Position numbers and translations under genes: made by a program. Positions 1-11,500 of a DNA stretch of 64,000 nt are shown here, piece by piece. This stretch comes from Squalus acanthias (taxonomy: Eukaryota). The notes under the pieces are model-generated. The model searched no databases, was not told the DNA's origin, and saw only the letters and a list, made by a program, of their open reading frames with translations. How positions within the stretch are numbered: the first letter of the stretch is position 1; each line of letters opens with the position of its first letter. The stretch covers positions 2,232,001 to 2,296,000 of the forward strand of contig CM059449.1 of the NCBI GenBank assembly GCA_030390025.1, written 5' to 3'.

Positions 1-751
1 CAGATACCGTCATCACACGTGAGGACACTACCCACCAGGTACATACTCATGTGACTCGGCCAATGTTGTCTACCTGATACGTTGCAGGAAAGGATGCCCC
101 AGAGCATGGTACATTGGCGAGACCATGCAGACACTGAGACAACGTATGAACGGACACCGCGCAACAATCGCCAGGCAGGATTGTTGCCGCCCAGTCGGGG
201 AACACTTCAGCAGTCAAGGGCATTCAGCCTCGGATCTGCGGGTTAGTGTTCTCCAAGGCGGCCTTCGAAACACACGACAACGCAAAATCATCGAGCAGAA
301 ACTGATAGCCAAGTTCCGCACTCATGAGGACGGCCTCAATAGGGATATCGGGTTCATGTCACGCTACAGAACGTGACTGGACATCGTTGTCTGTCTTTCC
401 AGTTTTTAAAAACCAACACAAAAAAACCAAACCCAAAAAACAAAGCCAAAAAAAACACTGCAGACAGCAGGATTTGACACGATGGACCCCCTGGGACACA
501 TCTCATTGTCTTGGCTGTGCTCTTGGTGTGTCTTTGATGTAAGGACACCTTCTTTGAAAGATTGTATCTCTGCAGTTTCTGTGTTTATATTCTGTGAACT
601 TTTGTAGATTCACTCATTGTAACTTTACCTGAGGAAGGGGCGATAGCTCCGAAAGCTTGTAATTTTAAATAAATCTGTTGGACTATAACCTGGTGTTGTG
701 CGACTTCTCATTTTTGTCCACCCCAGTACAACGCCGGCATCTCCACATCAT
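1..751 (+). mobile_element. Penelope-like element 3' part: GIY-YIG endonuclease remnant plus terminal repeat (pLTR)
   Basis: The frame of ORF 125-376 extends upstream as SCDSANVVYLIRCRKGCPRAWYIGETMQTLRQRMNGHR...GLNRD (VVY/YIG, R and N motifs of GIY-YIG). The terminal segment 620-751 recurs at 2335-2456 and 14452-14547. Confidence 0.9.
625..662 (+). ncRNA. Minimal type I hammerhead ribozyme motif in a Penelope pLTR
   Basis: TTAC-CTGAGGA-A-GGGGC gata GCTCC-GAAA-GCTT-GTAA: core boxes, stem II, stem I TTAC/GTAA and palindromic AAGCTT. Confidence 0.7.
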
Positions 752-930
752 GAGTATATTCAAGACAGAGAGCGATAGATTTTTGGATATTAAGGGAATC
801 AAGGGATATGGGGATAGTGCAGGAAGGTGGAGTTAGGTAGAAGATCAGCCATGATCTTATTGAATGGCGGAGCAGGCTCGAGGGGCCGAATGGCCTACCC
901 TTGCTCCTATTTCTTATGTTCTTATGTGTA
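752..930 (+). mobile_element. CR1 LINE 3'-end fragment
   Basis: Conserved CR1 3' UTR (GATCAGCCATGATC...GGAGCAGGCTCGAGGGGCCGAATGGCCT) and a CTTATGTT-type tail. Confidence 0.85.
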
Positions 931-1489
931 TCTGGGCACAAATCAGGAGGAAATTCCGAGCCCAAGAGAAACACCATGTTCCTTCCCCCTCGCCCGCCCC
1001 TCCCCCACTCCGAACCACGCGACAAGGCAGAGGGGGGTTCGGTTTTATGTTTTATCAAATCAAACAATGCAGCAGTCAGTGTATAATGCTGGATCCTGGA
1101 GTGCAGTTAAAGCACACATTATTCTCACCTCTAAGTCAGAACGCAATAAACTCAGGTGATTAACTAACAATTATGGGTGAGGTTAAAGTGTTACATCTTG
1201 CAAACATGGAATGAATATTAAAAGAAAATGCGCAATTCACACACTTACTGCCAGCTTTCTCCATTGTACATTTCCAATTCACATTTAGAATGGAAACTGT
1301 CTGTTTAAACTAGTCATGCTGTAATTACACCCTCCCACCAGTGGAGGCGCTGCAGCAAATCCACTGGGAGGAGGAGGAACAACATGGCAAGTTTACATTA
1401 TAAATGTTGACTGTAGGAATTTATATTGGAAGTAGAAAAATAAGGACAGAATGTATGATGTTACTGTAGGGATTGATTTCATTTAGCAT

Positions 1490-1566
1490 CAGGTGTGGTA
1501 GTGTAGTGGTTATGTTACTGGTAATGTCAAGAAATAGATTAATGATCCACGAGTTCAAATCCCACC
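1490..1566 (+). mobile_element. Degenerate tRNA-derived SINE head
   Basis: A-box-like TGGTAGTGTAGTGG and B-box-like GAGTTCAAATCC. Confidence 0.45.
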
Positions 1567-1579
1567 TTGGACTGTTGTA

Positions 1580-2956
1580 AAGCTGAATTTCCCTGGATGA
1601 CAAAAGAGATAGAGATTAAGATAAATCAGAAAAAGAGCACGTATGACAGAGGTCAGGTTGAGAATACAATTGTGAATCAAGCTGAATATAGAAAGTTCAG
1701 AGGGGAAGTGAAAAAGAAAATAAGAGTGGCTAAGAGAGAGTATGAGAATAGATTGACAGCTAACATAAAAGGAAATTCAATAGTCTTCCATCAGCATATA
1801 AATAATAAACAGGTAGTAAGTGGAGAGGTAGGGCCGAGGGCATGGCTGAGGTAGTAAATGAGTATTTTGCAACTGTCTTCACCAAGGAAGAAGATGATGC
1901 CAAAGTTATAGTGAAAGAGGAGGTCGTGGAGATACTGGATGAGATAAAAATTGATAGAGGAGGTACTAGAAAGGCTGTCTGTACTTAAAGTTGGTAAGTC
2001 ACCAGGATGGGATGCATCCTAGGTTGCTGAGGGAAGTTGAGGAGGAAATCGCGGAGCCACTGGCCATAATCTTCGGAACCTCCTGAGATATGGGGGAGGT
2101 GCCAGAGGACTGCAGAATTGCAAATGTTACACCCATGTTCAAAAAAAGGGTGCAAGGAAAAACGCAGCAACTATAGGCCAGTCAGTTTAACCTCGGTAGT
2201 GGGGATGCTTTTAGAAACGATAATCAGGAACAAGGTTAACAGTCACTTGGACAAGTGTGAATTAATTAAGGAAAAATGTGAGAAGTCGCACAACACCAGG
2301 TTATAGTCCAACAGTTTTATTTGAAATCACAAGTTGACGAAGGGGCAGCAGCTCCGAAAGCTTGTGATTTCAAATAAAACTGTTGGACTATAACCTGGTG
2401 TTGTGCGACTTCTCACATTTGTCCACCCCAGTCCAACACCGGCATCTCCACATCATAATTAAGGAAAGTCAGCATGGATTTGTTAAAGGCAAATCATTTT
2501 AACTAACTTGATCGAGTTTTTTGATGAGGTATCAGAGAGGGTCGATGAGGGCAATGCGGTTGACGTGGTGTACATGGACTTCCAAAAGGCGTTTGATAAA
2601 GTGCCACATACTGTAATAGGCTTGCCAAAAAAGTTGAAGCCTATGGAATAAAAGGGACAGTGGCAGCATGGATACGAAATTGGCTAAGTGATAGAAAAGA
2701 GAGTAGTGGTGAACGGTTGTTTCTTGGACTGGAGGAAAGTATACAGTGGTGTTCCCCAGGGGTCAGTACTAGGACCACTGCTTTTCTTGATATATATCAA
2801 TGACTTGGACTTGGGTATACAGCGCACAAGTTCAAAATTTGCAGATGACACAAAACTTGGAAGTAGAGTGAACAGTGGAGGACAGTGATAGACTTCAAAA
2901 AGACAGACACGCTGGTGAAATGGGCGGACACGTGGCAGATGAAATTTAACACAGAA
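1580..2956 (+). mobile_element. CR1-A, 5' half: degraded CR1 ORF2 that hosts the nested insertions
   Basis: Broken ORF2 frames ([40 protein letters not shown]). It stops at AACACAGAA and resumes at 11727. Confidence 0.9.
2275..2456. mobile_element. Solo Penelope pLTR with partial inverted duplication, inserted in CR1-A
   Basis: 2275-2333 is the reverse complement of ~2361-2420. TSD AATTAAGGAAA at 2264-2274 and 2457-2467. Confidence 0.85.
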
Positions 2957-2961
2957 CATAA

Positions 2962-3293
2962 GAGGTGCTGTGAGGTGCTGTGAGTATTTGAACTCACTTT
3001 CGCGGGCTTTTCTTCACAGGCTGTTGTCGGGACCGACGAGACCGGAGGTGCTGTGAGGTGCTGTGAGTATTTGAACTCACTTTCGCGGGCTTTTCTTCAC
3101 AGGCTGTTGTCGGGACCGACGAGACCGAAGGTGCTGTGAGGTGCTGTGAGTATTTGAACTCACTTTCGCGGGCTTTTCTTCACAGGCTGTTGTCGGGACC
3201 GACGAGACCGGAGGTGCTGTGAGGTGCTGTGAGTATTTGAACTCACTTTCGCGGGCTTTTCTTCACAGGCTGTTGTCGGGACCGACGAGACCG
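2962..3293 (+). repeat. Four tandem 83-bp monomers at the 5' end of CR1-C
   Basis: Unit GAGGTGCTGTGAGGTGCTGTGAGTATTTG...GACGAGACCG starts at 2962, 3045, 3128 and 3211; copies are near-identical. Confidence 0.95.
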
Positions 3294-3735
3294 GAAGCGG
3301 ACCAGGTGGGAAGCACCCAGGTGAACGGCATTTAAGGAGGGTGGTGGCTTAAACCCGAGTTCCTACAGAGTAGGAACCCCCACCCGCCCTCCTCCTCTAA
3401 CCTACTAGTCTTTTAGCAGTCTAAAAACAGAGGTCACAAATTTTTTGGTCTCAGTTTCTTTTCAGCAGGGCAGGAACCGGGAGGAGCGGGAAGTCGGCGT
3501 AGGACCAAGGGGACACAAGACCGGGAAGTCAGCGAAAGACCAGGGAGGTAAGACTAACTGGTAAGTACTTTCCTCAAACCTTCCTAGAAAGTAAAACTAA
3601 AACTAGTGGGATTTGGTTAGTTTAAAAAGGAATAAGAGGAGTACAGTATACATTGGTCTAAGTAAGCTTCGGGAAAACAAAAGTCAATAAATAAACTAAA
3701 ACTAGAAAATTAAAAAGTAATATAAGGGTTAAGTC

Positions 3736-4683
3736 ATGGCAGTAGAGCTCGGACCTGTGTCATGCTCCTCCTGTAACATGTGGGAAATCAGGGACGCTTC
3801 CTGTGTCCCTGACAACCATGTGTGCGGGAAGTGTGTCCAGCTGCAGCTCATGTGGGACCGCATGACGGCCCTTGAGCTGCGGATGGACTCACTTTGGAGC
3901 ATCCACGATTCTGAGAGGGTTGTGGATAACACATTCAGTGAGTTGGTCACACCGCAGGTTAAGGCCAGCGTAGATAGTACATGGGTGACCAAAAGGCAGA
4001 GCAAGGGCAGGAAGGTAGTGCTGAAATCCCCTGGGGTTGTCTCCCTTAGCAACAGGTTCACCGCCTTAGGTGCTGTTGTCGGGGGGGATGACTCATCGGG
4101 GGAAGGCACCAGCAGCCAGGCTCATGGCACCATGACTGGCTCTGTTGCAAAGAAGGGAGGGAAAAAGAGTGGCAGGGCTATAGTAATAGGGGATTCGATT
4201 GTAAGGGGAATAGATAGGGGTTTCTGTGGTCGCGACCGAGACTCCAGGATGGTATGTTGCCTCCCTGGTGCAAGGGTCAAGGATGTCTCGGCGTGGGTGC
4301 AGAACATTCTGGAAGGGGAGGGGGAACAGCCAGTTGTCGTGATACATGTTGGTACCAACGACGTAGCTAAAAAAAGGGAAGAGGTCCTACAAGTAGAATT
4401 TAGGGAGTTAGGAGCCAAGCTAAAAAGTAGGACCTCGAAGGTAGTAATCTCTGGATTACTACCAGTGCCACGTGCTAGTAAGAGTACAGAGAACAGGATA
4501 GTTAGGCTAAATACGTGGCTTGAGCAGTGGTGTAAGAGGGAGGGTTTTAAATTTTTGAGGCATTGGAACCAGTTTTGTGGTAGGTGTGACCTATACAAAA
4601 GGGACGGTCTACACCTGTGCAAAGATGGAACTGATGTTCTCGGGGTAATTTTTGATAAAGCAGTTCGGGAGCATTTAAACTAG
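3736..4683 (+). CDS. CR1 ORF1p: N-terminal CxxC...CxxC zinc finger, coiled coil and SGNH/GDSL esterase
   Basis: 315 aa; CSSC...CGKC, VIGDSIVRG, HVGTND, DGLHL. Confidence 0.92.
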   Translation: MAVELGPVSCSSCNMWEIRDASCVPDNHVCGKCVQLQLMWDRMTALELRMDSLWSIHDSERVVDNTFSELVTPQVKASVDSTWVTKRQSKGRKVVLKSPGVVSLSNRFTALGAVVGGDDSSGEGTSSQAHGTMTGSVAKKGGKKSGRAIVIGDSIVRGIDRGFCGRDRDSRMVCCLPGARVKDVSAWVQNILEGEGEQPVVVIHVGTNDVAKKREEVLQVEFRELGAKLKSRTSKVVISGLLPVPRASKSTENRIVRLNTWLEQWCKREGFKFLRHWNQFCGRCDLYKRDGLHLCKDGTDVLGVIFDKAVREHLN

Positions 4684-4757
4684 TATGGCAGGGGGCTAGA
4701 AACCTATGTAGTGAAATAGAGGAAAGTGAAAGGCAGACAGAAATAAATGGTAAACGG

Positions 4758-7625
4758 GTGAGGAACAAAAAACAAAGGGCCAAACTAATTCATAAAAAAT
4801 GTGAGCATAAAAAAAGCCTGAGGGTTTTATACCTTAATGCGAGAAGCATCAGGAACAAGGTAGATGAATTAGCTGTGGAAATAGAGGTTAATAATTATGA
4901 TCTAATTGGGATTACGGAAACATGGTTGCAGGGTGAGCAGGGCTGGGAGCTTAACATACAGGGGTATTCAGTATTTAGGAAGGATCGACAAAAAAGAAAG
5001 GGAGGAGGGGTAGCATTGCTGGTAAAAGAGGGGATAAATGCAATTGAAAGGAAGGATATTAACTCAGTTAATACAGAATCTATATGGGTGGAGCTAAGAA
5101 ATAGCGAGGGGCGAAAAACATTAATAGGAGTGGTATATAGGCCTCCAAATAGTAAAATAGAGGTTGGGGAGGGCATCACGAGGGAAATTAGAGAAGCGTG
5201 CAATAAGAGCACAGCTGTCATCATAGGTGACTTTAACTTACATATAGATTGGACTAGCCTAATCAGTAAAAATAATGAGGAGGAGGAATTCCTTGAGTGT
5301 TTAAGGGATGGTTATCTGGATCAATATGTCGAGGAACCAACTCGGGAACAGGTTATATTGGACTGGGTACTGTGCAATGAGAAGGGACTAATTAGTAATC
5401 TTGTTGTACGGGGACCCTTGGGTCAGAGCGATCATAACATGATCGATTTCTCACTCGAAATGGAGAGCGAAGAAATTGACTCAGAGACTAAGGTCCTGAA
5501 TTTAAACAAGGGGAATTATGATGCCATTAGACGGGAACTGAGTAGGTCTGATTGGACAACGTTCCTGGGAGGACTGGAGGTAGATAAACAATGGCAAGCA
5601 TTTAAAGATAGAATGACAAAATTGCAAAAATTGTTTATACCAATCTGGCATAAAAGGAAATCTAAAAAGGTGACTCAACCGTGGATAACAGGGGAAATTA
5701 GAGACAGCATAAAATCCAAAGATAGGGCGTATAAAATAGCCCAAAAAAGCGCCAGAGCGGAAGATTGGGAACAGTTTAAGATAGAGCAAAGGAGGACAAA
5801 GGGCTTAATCAAGAGGGGCAAAATAGCTTACGAAAGCAAGCTGGCGGAAAATATAAAAACTAACTCCAAAAGCTTTTATAAGTATATCAAGAGGAAAAGA
5901 CTGGTGAAAACCAAAGTTGGTCCATTGCAGTCAGATACGGGGGAATATATAACGGGAAATAAGGAAATGGCAGACCAACTAAATGCATACTTTGGGTCAG
6001 TCTTTACGAAGGAAGACACAAAAAACCTCCCTGGGATATCGGGAAAAATAGGGACATTGGCAAAGGAGGAACTGACGCAAATCAATATCTCTAAGGATAT
6101 GGTGTTAAGGAAGCTAAAGGGATTGAAGGCGGACAAATCCCCAGGGCCTGATAACATGCATCCTAGGGTACTGAAGGAGGTGGCCCTAGAGATAGCGGAT
6201 GCACTAAGTATGATTTTTCAGAATTCATTAGACTCGGGAACGGTGCCCATGGATTGGAGGGTAGCTAACGTTACCCCACTATTCAAAAAGGGGGGTAGGG
6301 AAAAAGCAGGTAATTACAGACCTGTAAGCCTTACATCAGTTGTGGGCAAAATGCTGGAGTCCATCATTAAGGATGAAATAGCGGAGCACTTAGCAAATGG
6401 GGACAGGATAGGACAGAGTCAACATGGATTTACAAAGGGTAAATCGTGCTTGACTAATCTATTGGAATTTTTTGAGGGAGTAACTGGTAAAATAGATGGG
6501 GGAGAGCCAGTAGATGTGGTGTACCTGGACTTCCAAAAGGCCTTCGACAAGGTCCCACATAAAAGATTAGCATGGAAAATTGAAGCTCATGGGATAAAGG
6601 GGAAAGTATTGACGTGGATAGAGAACTGGCTGTCAGATAGAAAACAGAGAGTTGGAATAAACGGCTCATTTTCTGAATGGCAGGCAGTAACAAGTGGGGT
6701 ACCGCAGGGATCTGTCCTGGGTCCCCAGCTGTTCACAATTTACATTAATGACCTGGATCAGGGAGTCGGATGCAGCATTTCCAAATTTGCAGACGACACT
6801 AAACTAGGAGGGGGGGTGGGCTCAGAGGAGGAGACCAGGAAGCTCCAGAGCGATTTGGACAGACTGGGTGATTGGGCGGTTAAATGGCAGATGCACTATA
6901 ATGTGGACAAGTGCGAAGTTATCCACCTTGGGTGCAGGAACGGGAGGGCAAATTATTATTTAAATGGCAATAAATTGGGAGAGGGGGAAGTACAGAGAGA
7001 CCTGGGTGTTCTTGTACACCAGTCACTGAAGGCGAGCATGCAGGTGCAACAGGCGGTCAAGAAGGCAAACGGTATGCTGGCCTTCATAGCAAAAGGGTTG
7101 GAATACAGGAACAGGGATACCTTGCTGCAGCTGTACAGGGCACTGGTGAGACCACACCTCGAGTACTGTGTACAGTTTTGGTCGCCTCATCTGAGGAAAG
7201 ATGTTCTTGCCATGGAGGGGGTACAGCGGCGATTCACCAGGCTGATACCAGGAATGGCGGGATTGACCTATGAGGAGAGACTATGTAGTTTAGGGATGTA
7301 CACACTGGAGTTTAGAAGATTGAGAGGGGACCTCATAGAAGTGTATAAAATTCTGACAGGTCTAGACAGACTAGATGCAGAAGGAATGTTTCCCTTGGCG
7401 GGTGAGAACAGAACTAGAGGACATAATTTAAGGATAAGGGCTAAACCATTTAGGACAGAAATGAGGGGGAATTTCTTCACTCAGAGGGTGGTGAACCTGT
7501 GGAACTCATTGCCACAGAGGGCAGTGTACGCCAGCTCATTAAATATATTTAAGAGGGAATTAGATATATTTCTACAGGCAAAAGGGGTTAAGGGTTACGG
7601 AGAGAAGGCGGGGACGGGATACTGA
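4758..7625 (+). CDS. CR1 ORF2p: APE endonuclease plus reverse transcriptase (true start uncertain; frame open from 4659)
   Basis: YLNARS, GITETW, GDFN, SDHN (APE); [26 protein letters not shown] (RT). No stops. Confidence 0.95.
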   Translation: MRNKKQRAKLIHKKCEHKKSLRVLYLNARSIRNKVDELAVEIEVNNYDLIGITETWLQGEQGWELNIQGYSVFRKDRQKRKGGGVALLVKEGINAIERKDINSVNTESIWVELRNSEGRKTLIGVVYRPPNSKIEVGEGITREIREACNKSTAVIIGDFNLHIDWTSLISKNNEEEEFLECLRDGYLDQYVEEPTREQVILDWVLCNEKGLISNLVVRGPLGQSDHNMIDFSLEMESEEIDSETKVLNLNKGNYDAIRRELSRSDWTTFLGGLEVDKQWQAFKDRMTKLQKLFIPIWHKRKSKKVTQPWITGEIRDSIKSKDRAYKIAQKSARAEDWEQFKIEQRRTKGLIKRGKIAYESKLAENIKTNSKSFYKYIKRKRLVKTKVGPLQSDTGEYITGNKEMADQLNAYFGSVFTKEDTKNLPGISGKIGTLAKEELTQINISKDMVLRKLKGLKADKSPGPDNMHPRVLKEVALEIADALSMIFQNSLDSGTVPMDWRVANVTPLFKKGGREKAGNYRPVSLTSVVGKMLESIIKDEIAEHLANGDRIGQSQHGFTKGKSCLTNLLEFFEGVTGKIDGGEPVDVVYLDFQKAFDKVPHKRLAWKIEAHGIKGKVLTWIENWLSDRKQRVGINGSFSEWQAVTSGVPQGSVLGPQLFTIYINDLDQGVGCSISKFADDTKLGGGVGSEEETRKLQSDLDRLGDWAVKWQMHYNVDKCEVIHLGCRNGRANYYLNGNKLGEGEVQRDLGVLVHQSLKASMQVQQAVKKANGMLAFIAKGLEYRNRDTLLQLYRALVRPHLEYCVQFWSPHLRKDVLAMEGVQRRFTRLIPGMAGLTYEERLCSLGMYTLEFRRLRGDLIEVYKILTGLDRLDAEGMFPLAGENRTRGHNLRIRAKPFRTEMRGNFFTQRVVNLWNSLPQRAVYASSLNIFKRELDIFLQAKGVKGYGEKAGTGY

Positions 7626-7722
7626 ATTGGAGGATCAGCCATGATCTCATTAAATGGCGGAGCAGGCTCGAAGGGCCGGATGGCCTACTCCTGCTCCTAT
7701 CTTCTATGTATCTATGTATCTG

Positions 7723-8520
7723 TAAGAAATAGGAGCAGGAGTAGGCCATTCGGCCCTTCGAGCCTGCTCCGCCATTCAATGAGATCATGGCTGATCTTCT
7801 GCCTCAACTCCATTCACCGGCCCTATCGCCATATCCCTTGATGCCCTTACTAGTCAGAAATCTATCGACTTCTGTTTTGAATATACCCAATGACTGAGCC
7901 TCCACAGCCCTCTGGGGTAGAGAATTCCAAAGATTCACCACCCTCTGTGTGAAGAAATTTCTTCTCATCTCAGCCCTGAATGGCCTACCCATTATCCTGA
8001 GGCTGTGGCCCCTGGTTCGAGACTCCCCAGCTAAGGGAAATATTCTCCCAGCATCCATCCTATCAAGCCCTGTAATAATTTTGTATGCTTCAATTAGATC
8101 CCCTCTCATTCTTCTGAATTCAAGAGAATACAGGCCTAGTTTACTCAATCTCTTCTCATACGACAGTCCCGCCTTCCCAGGAATCAATCTCGTGAACCTT
8201 CGTTGCACTCCCTCTGTGGCAAGTATGTCGTTCCTTAGGTAAGGAGACCAAAATTGTACACAGTACTCCAGGTGTGGTCTCAGCAAGGCCCTATATAATT
8301 GGAGTAAGACTTCTTTACGCCTGAACTCAAATCATCTTGTAATGAAGGCCAGCATACCATTTGCCTTCCTAATGGCTTGCTGCACCTGCACATTCACTTT
8401 CAGTGACTCATGTACAAAGACACCCAGGTCCCTTTGAGCATCTGCATTCCCCAATCTTTCACCATTTAGGAAATACTCTGCCTTTCTGTTTTTTCTACCA
8501 AAGTGGATAACTTCACATTT
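7723..8520 (-). mobile_element. CR1-B: antisense 3' CR1 fragment (tail remnant at 2954-2963, 5' remnant at ~11693-11726)
   Basis: Minus ORFs 7804-8286 and part of 8332-8604 encode the CR1 ORF2 C-terminus. The sequence continues after CR1-D as TTTATCCACGTTATATTCCATCTGCC. Confidence 0.9.
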
Positions 8521-11500
8521 ACATAGATACATAGAACAGTACAGCACAGTACAGGCCCTTTGGCCCTCGATGTTGTGCCGAGCATTGTCCGAGACCAAGA
8601 TCAAGCTATCACACTCCCTATCACTCTGGTGTGCTCCATGTGCTTATCCAATAACCGCTTGAAAGTTCCTAAAGTGTCCGACTCCACTATCACAGCAGGC
8701 AGTCCATTCCACACCCCAACCACTCTCCGAGTAAAGAATCTACCTCGGACATCCCTTCTATATCTCCCCCCATGCACCTTATAGTTATGCCCCCTTGTAA
8801 CAGCTGCCTCTACCCGAGGAAATAGTCTCTGAACATCCACTCTATCTATCCCCCTCATCATCTTATAAACCTCTATTAAGTCGCCTCTCGTCCTCCTCCG
8901 CTCTAAAGAGAAAAGCCCCAACTCCCTCAATCTTTCCTCATAAGACCTCCCCCCCAAACCAGGCAGCATCCTGGTAAATCTCCTTTGCACTCTTTCCAAT
9001 GCTTCCACGTCCTTCCTATAGTGAGGTGACCAGAACTGCACACAATATTCCAAATGTGGTCTCACCAAGGTCCTGTACAGTTGCAGCATAACCTCACGGT
9101 TCTTAAACTCAAACCCTCTGTTAATAAACGCCAACACACCATAGGCCTTCTTTACTGCTCTATCCACTTGAGTGGCAACCTTCAGAGATCTGTGGATATG
9201 AACCCCCAGATCCCTCTGTTCCTCCACGTTCCTCAGAACCCTGCCGTTGACCCTGTAATCCTTATTCAAATTTGCCCTACCAAAATGAATCACCTCGCAC
9301 TTATCAGGGTTAAATTCCATCTGCCATTTTTCGGCCCAGCTCTGCATCCTATCAATGTCTCTTTGCAGCCTACAACTGCCCTCCACCTCATCCACTACTC
9401 CACCAATCTTGGTGTCATCAGCAAATTTACTGATCCACCCTTCAGTCCCCTCCTCCAAGTCATTGATAAAAATCACAAACAGCAGAGGACCCAGCACCGA
9501 CCCTTGTGGCACACCGCTGGTAACTGGTCTCCAGTCCGAAAATGTTCCATCCACCACCACCCTCTGCCTTCTATGAGATAGCCAGTTACTTATCCAATCG
9601 GCCAAATTTCCCTCTATCCCACAACTCCTTACTTTCTTCATGAGACGACCATGGGGAACCTTATCAAACGCCTTACTAAAATCCATGTATACGACATCGA
9701 CTGCTCTACGTTCATCTACACACTTAGTAACCTCCTCAAAGAATTCAATCAAATTTGTTAGGCAAGACTTACCCTTCACGAATCCGTGTTGACTATCCCT
9801 GATTAAGCTGCCCCTTTCCAAATGGTCATAAATCCTATCCCTCAGGACCTTTTCCATTATCTTACCAACCACCGAAGTAAGACTAACCGGCCTATAATTA
9901 CCAGGGTCATTCCTATTTCCTTTCTTGAAGAGAGGAACAACATTCGCCACTCTCCAGTCCTCTGGCACCATCCCCATGGACAGTGAGGACCCCAAAGATC
10001 AAAGCCAGAGGCTCTGCAATCTCCTCCCTTGCCTCCCAAAGAATCCTAGGATATATCCCATCTGGCCCAGGGGACTTATCGACCCTCAGATTCTTCAAAA
10101 TTGCTAAAACATCTTCCCTCAGAACATCTACCACCTCCAGCCTATCCACCTTTATCACACTCTCATCCTCAAGAACATGGCCCCTCTCCTCGGTGAACAC
10201 TGATGAAAAGTATTCATTCATCACCTCTCCTATCTCTTCTGACTCCATGCACAAGTTCCCACTACTGTCCTTGACCGGCCCTACCCTCACCCTGGTCATT
10301 CTTTTATTTCTCACATAAGAGTAAAAAGCCTTGGGGTTTTTCTTGATCCGACCCGCCAAGGACTTCTCATGCCCCCTCCTAGCTCTCCTAAGCTCTTTTT
10401 TTAGCTCATTCCTTGCTACCTTGTACCCCTCAATCGACCCAACTGAACCTTGTTTTCTCATCCTTACATACGCTTCCTTTTTCCTCTTGACTAGACATTC
10501 AACCTCTTTTGTGAACCATGGTTCTCTCACTCGGCCATTTCCTCCCTGCCTGACAGGGACATACCTATCAAGGACACGCAGTAATTGCGCCATGAAAAAG
10601 CTCCACTTTTCGTTTGTGCCTTTCCCTGATAGTTTCTGTTCCCATCTTATACTCCCTAATTCTTGCCTAATCGCATCATAATTACCCCTCCCCCAATTAT
10701 AAACCCTGCCCTGCCGTATGGCCCTATCCCTCTCCATTGCAATAGTGAAAGTTACCGAATTGTGGTCACTATCTCCAAAGTGCTCTCCCACATACAAATC
10801 AAACACTTGGCCCGGTTCATTACCCAGTACCAAATCCAACGTGGCCCCACCTCTTGTCGGCCTATCCACATATTGTGTCAGGAAACCCTCCTGCACACAC
10901 TGTGCAAAAACTATCCCATCCGAACTGTTTGACCTATAAAGGTTCCAATCAATATTTGGAAAGTTGAAGTCACCCATGACAACTACTCTGTGACCTCCAC
11001 ACCTATTCATAATCTGCTTTGCAATTTCTTCCTCCACATCTTTATTACTATTTGGGGGCCTGTAGAAAACTCCTAACAACGTGACCGCTCCTTTCCTATT
11101 TCTAACTTCAGCCCATATTACCTCAGACGGCAGATCCCCCTCGAACTGCCTTTCTGCCGCTGTTAAACTATCCTTGATTAACAATGCTACTCCTCCACCT
11201 TTCTTACCAACTTCCCTACTCTTACTGAAACATCTATACCCCGGAACTTCCAACAACCATTCCTGTCCCTGTTCTAACCATGTCTCCGTAATTGCCACCA
11301 CATCGTAGTCCCAAGTACCAATCCACGCTCCAAGTTCTCCTACCTTATTCCGGATGCTCCTTGCATTGAAGTAGACACACTTCAAGCCATCTTCCTGTCT
11401 GCCGGTACATTCCTGCGACCTTGATACCCTCCTCAGTACCTCCCTACACTCACCACTGGCTCGTGGACTACAGCCCTTTTTCCCATCCCCCTGACAAATT

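Larger units (their letters stand above)
2962..7722 (+). mobile_element. CR1-C: full-length, apparently intact CR1 LINE
   Basis: 5' UTR with tandem monomers, uninterrupted ORF1 and ORF2, CR1 3' UTR, (TATGTATC)n tail and probable TSD TAAGA (2959-2963 / 7723-7727). Confidence 0.95.

Noticed and set aside
4093-7480. Antisense ORFs over the CR1 elements
   Set aside because: Shadow frames of LINE coding sequence, repeated only because the copies are near-identical.
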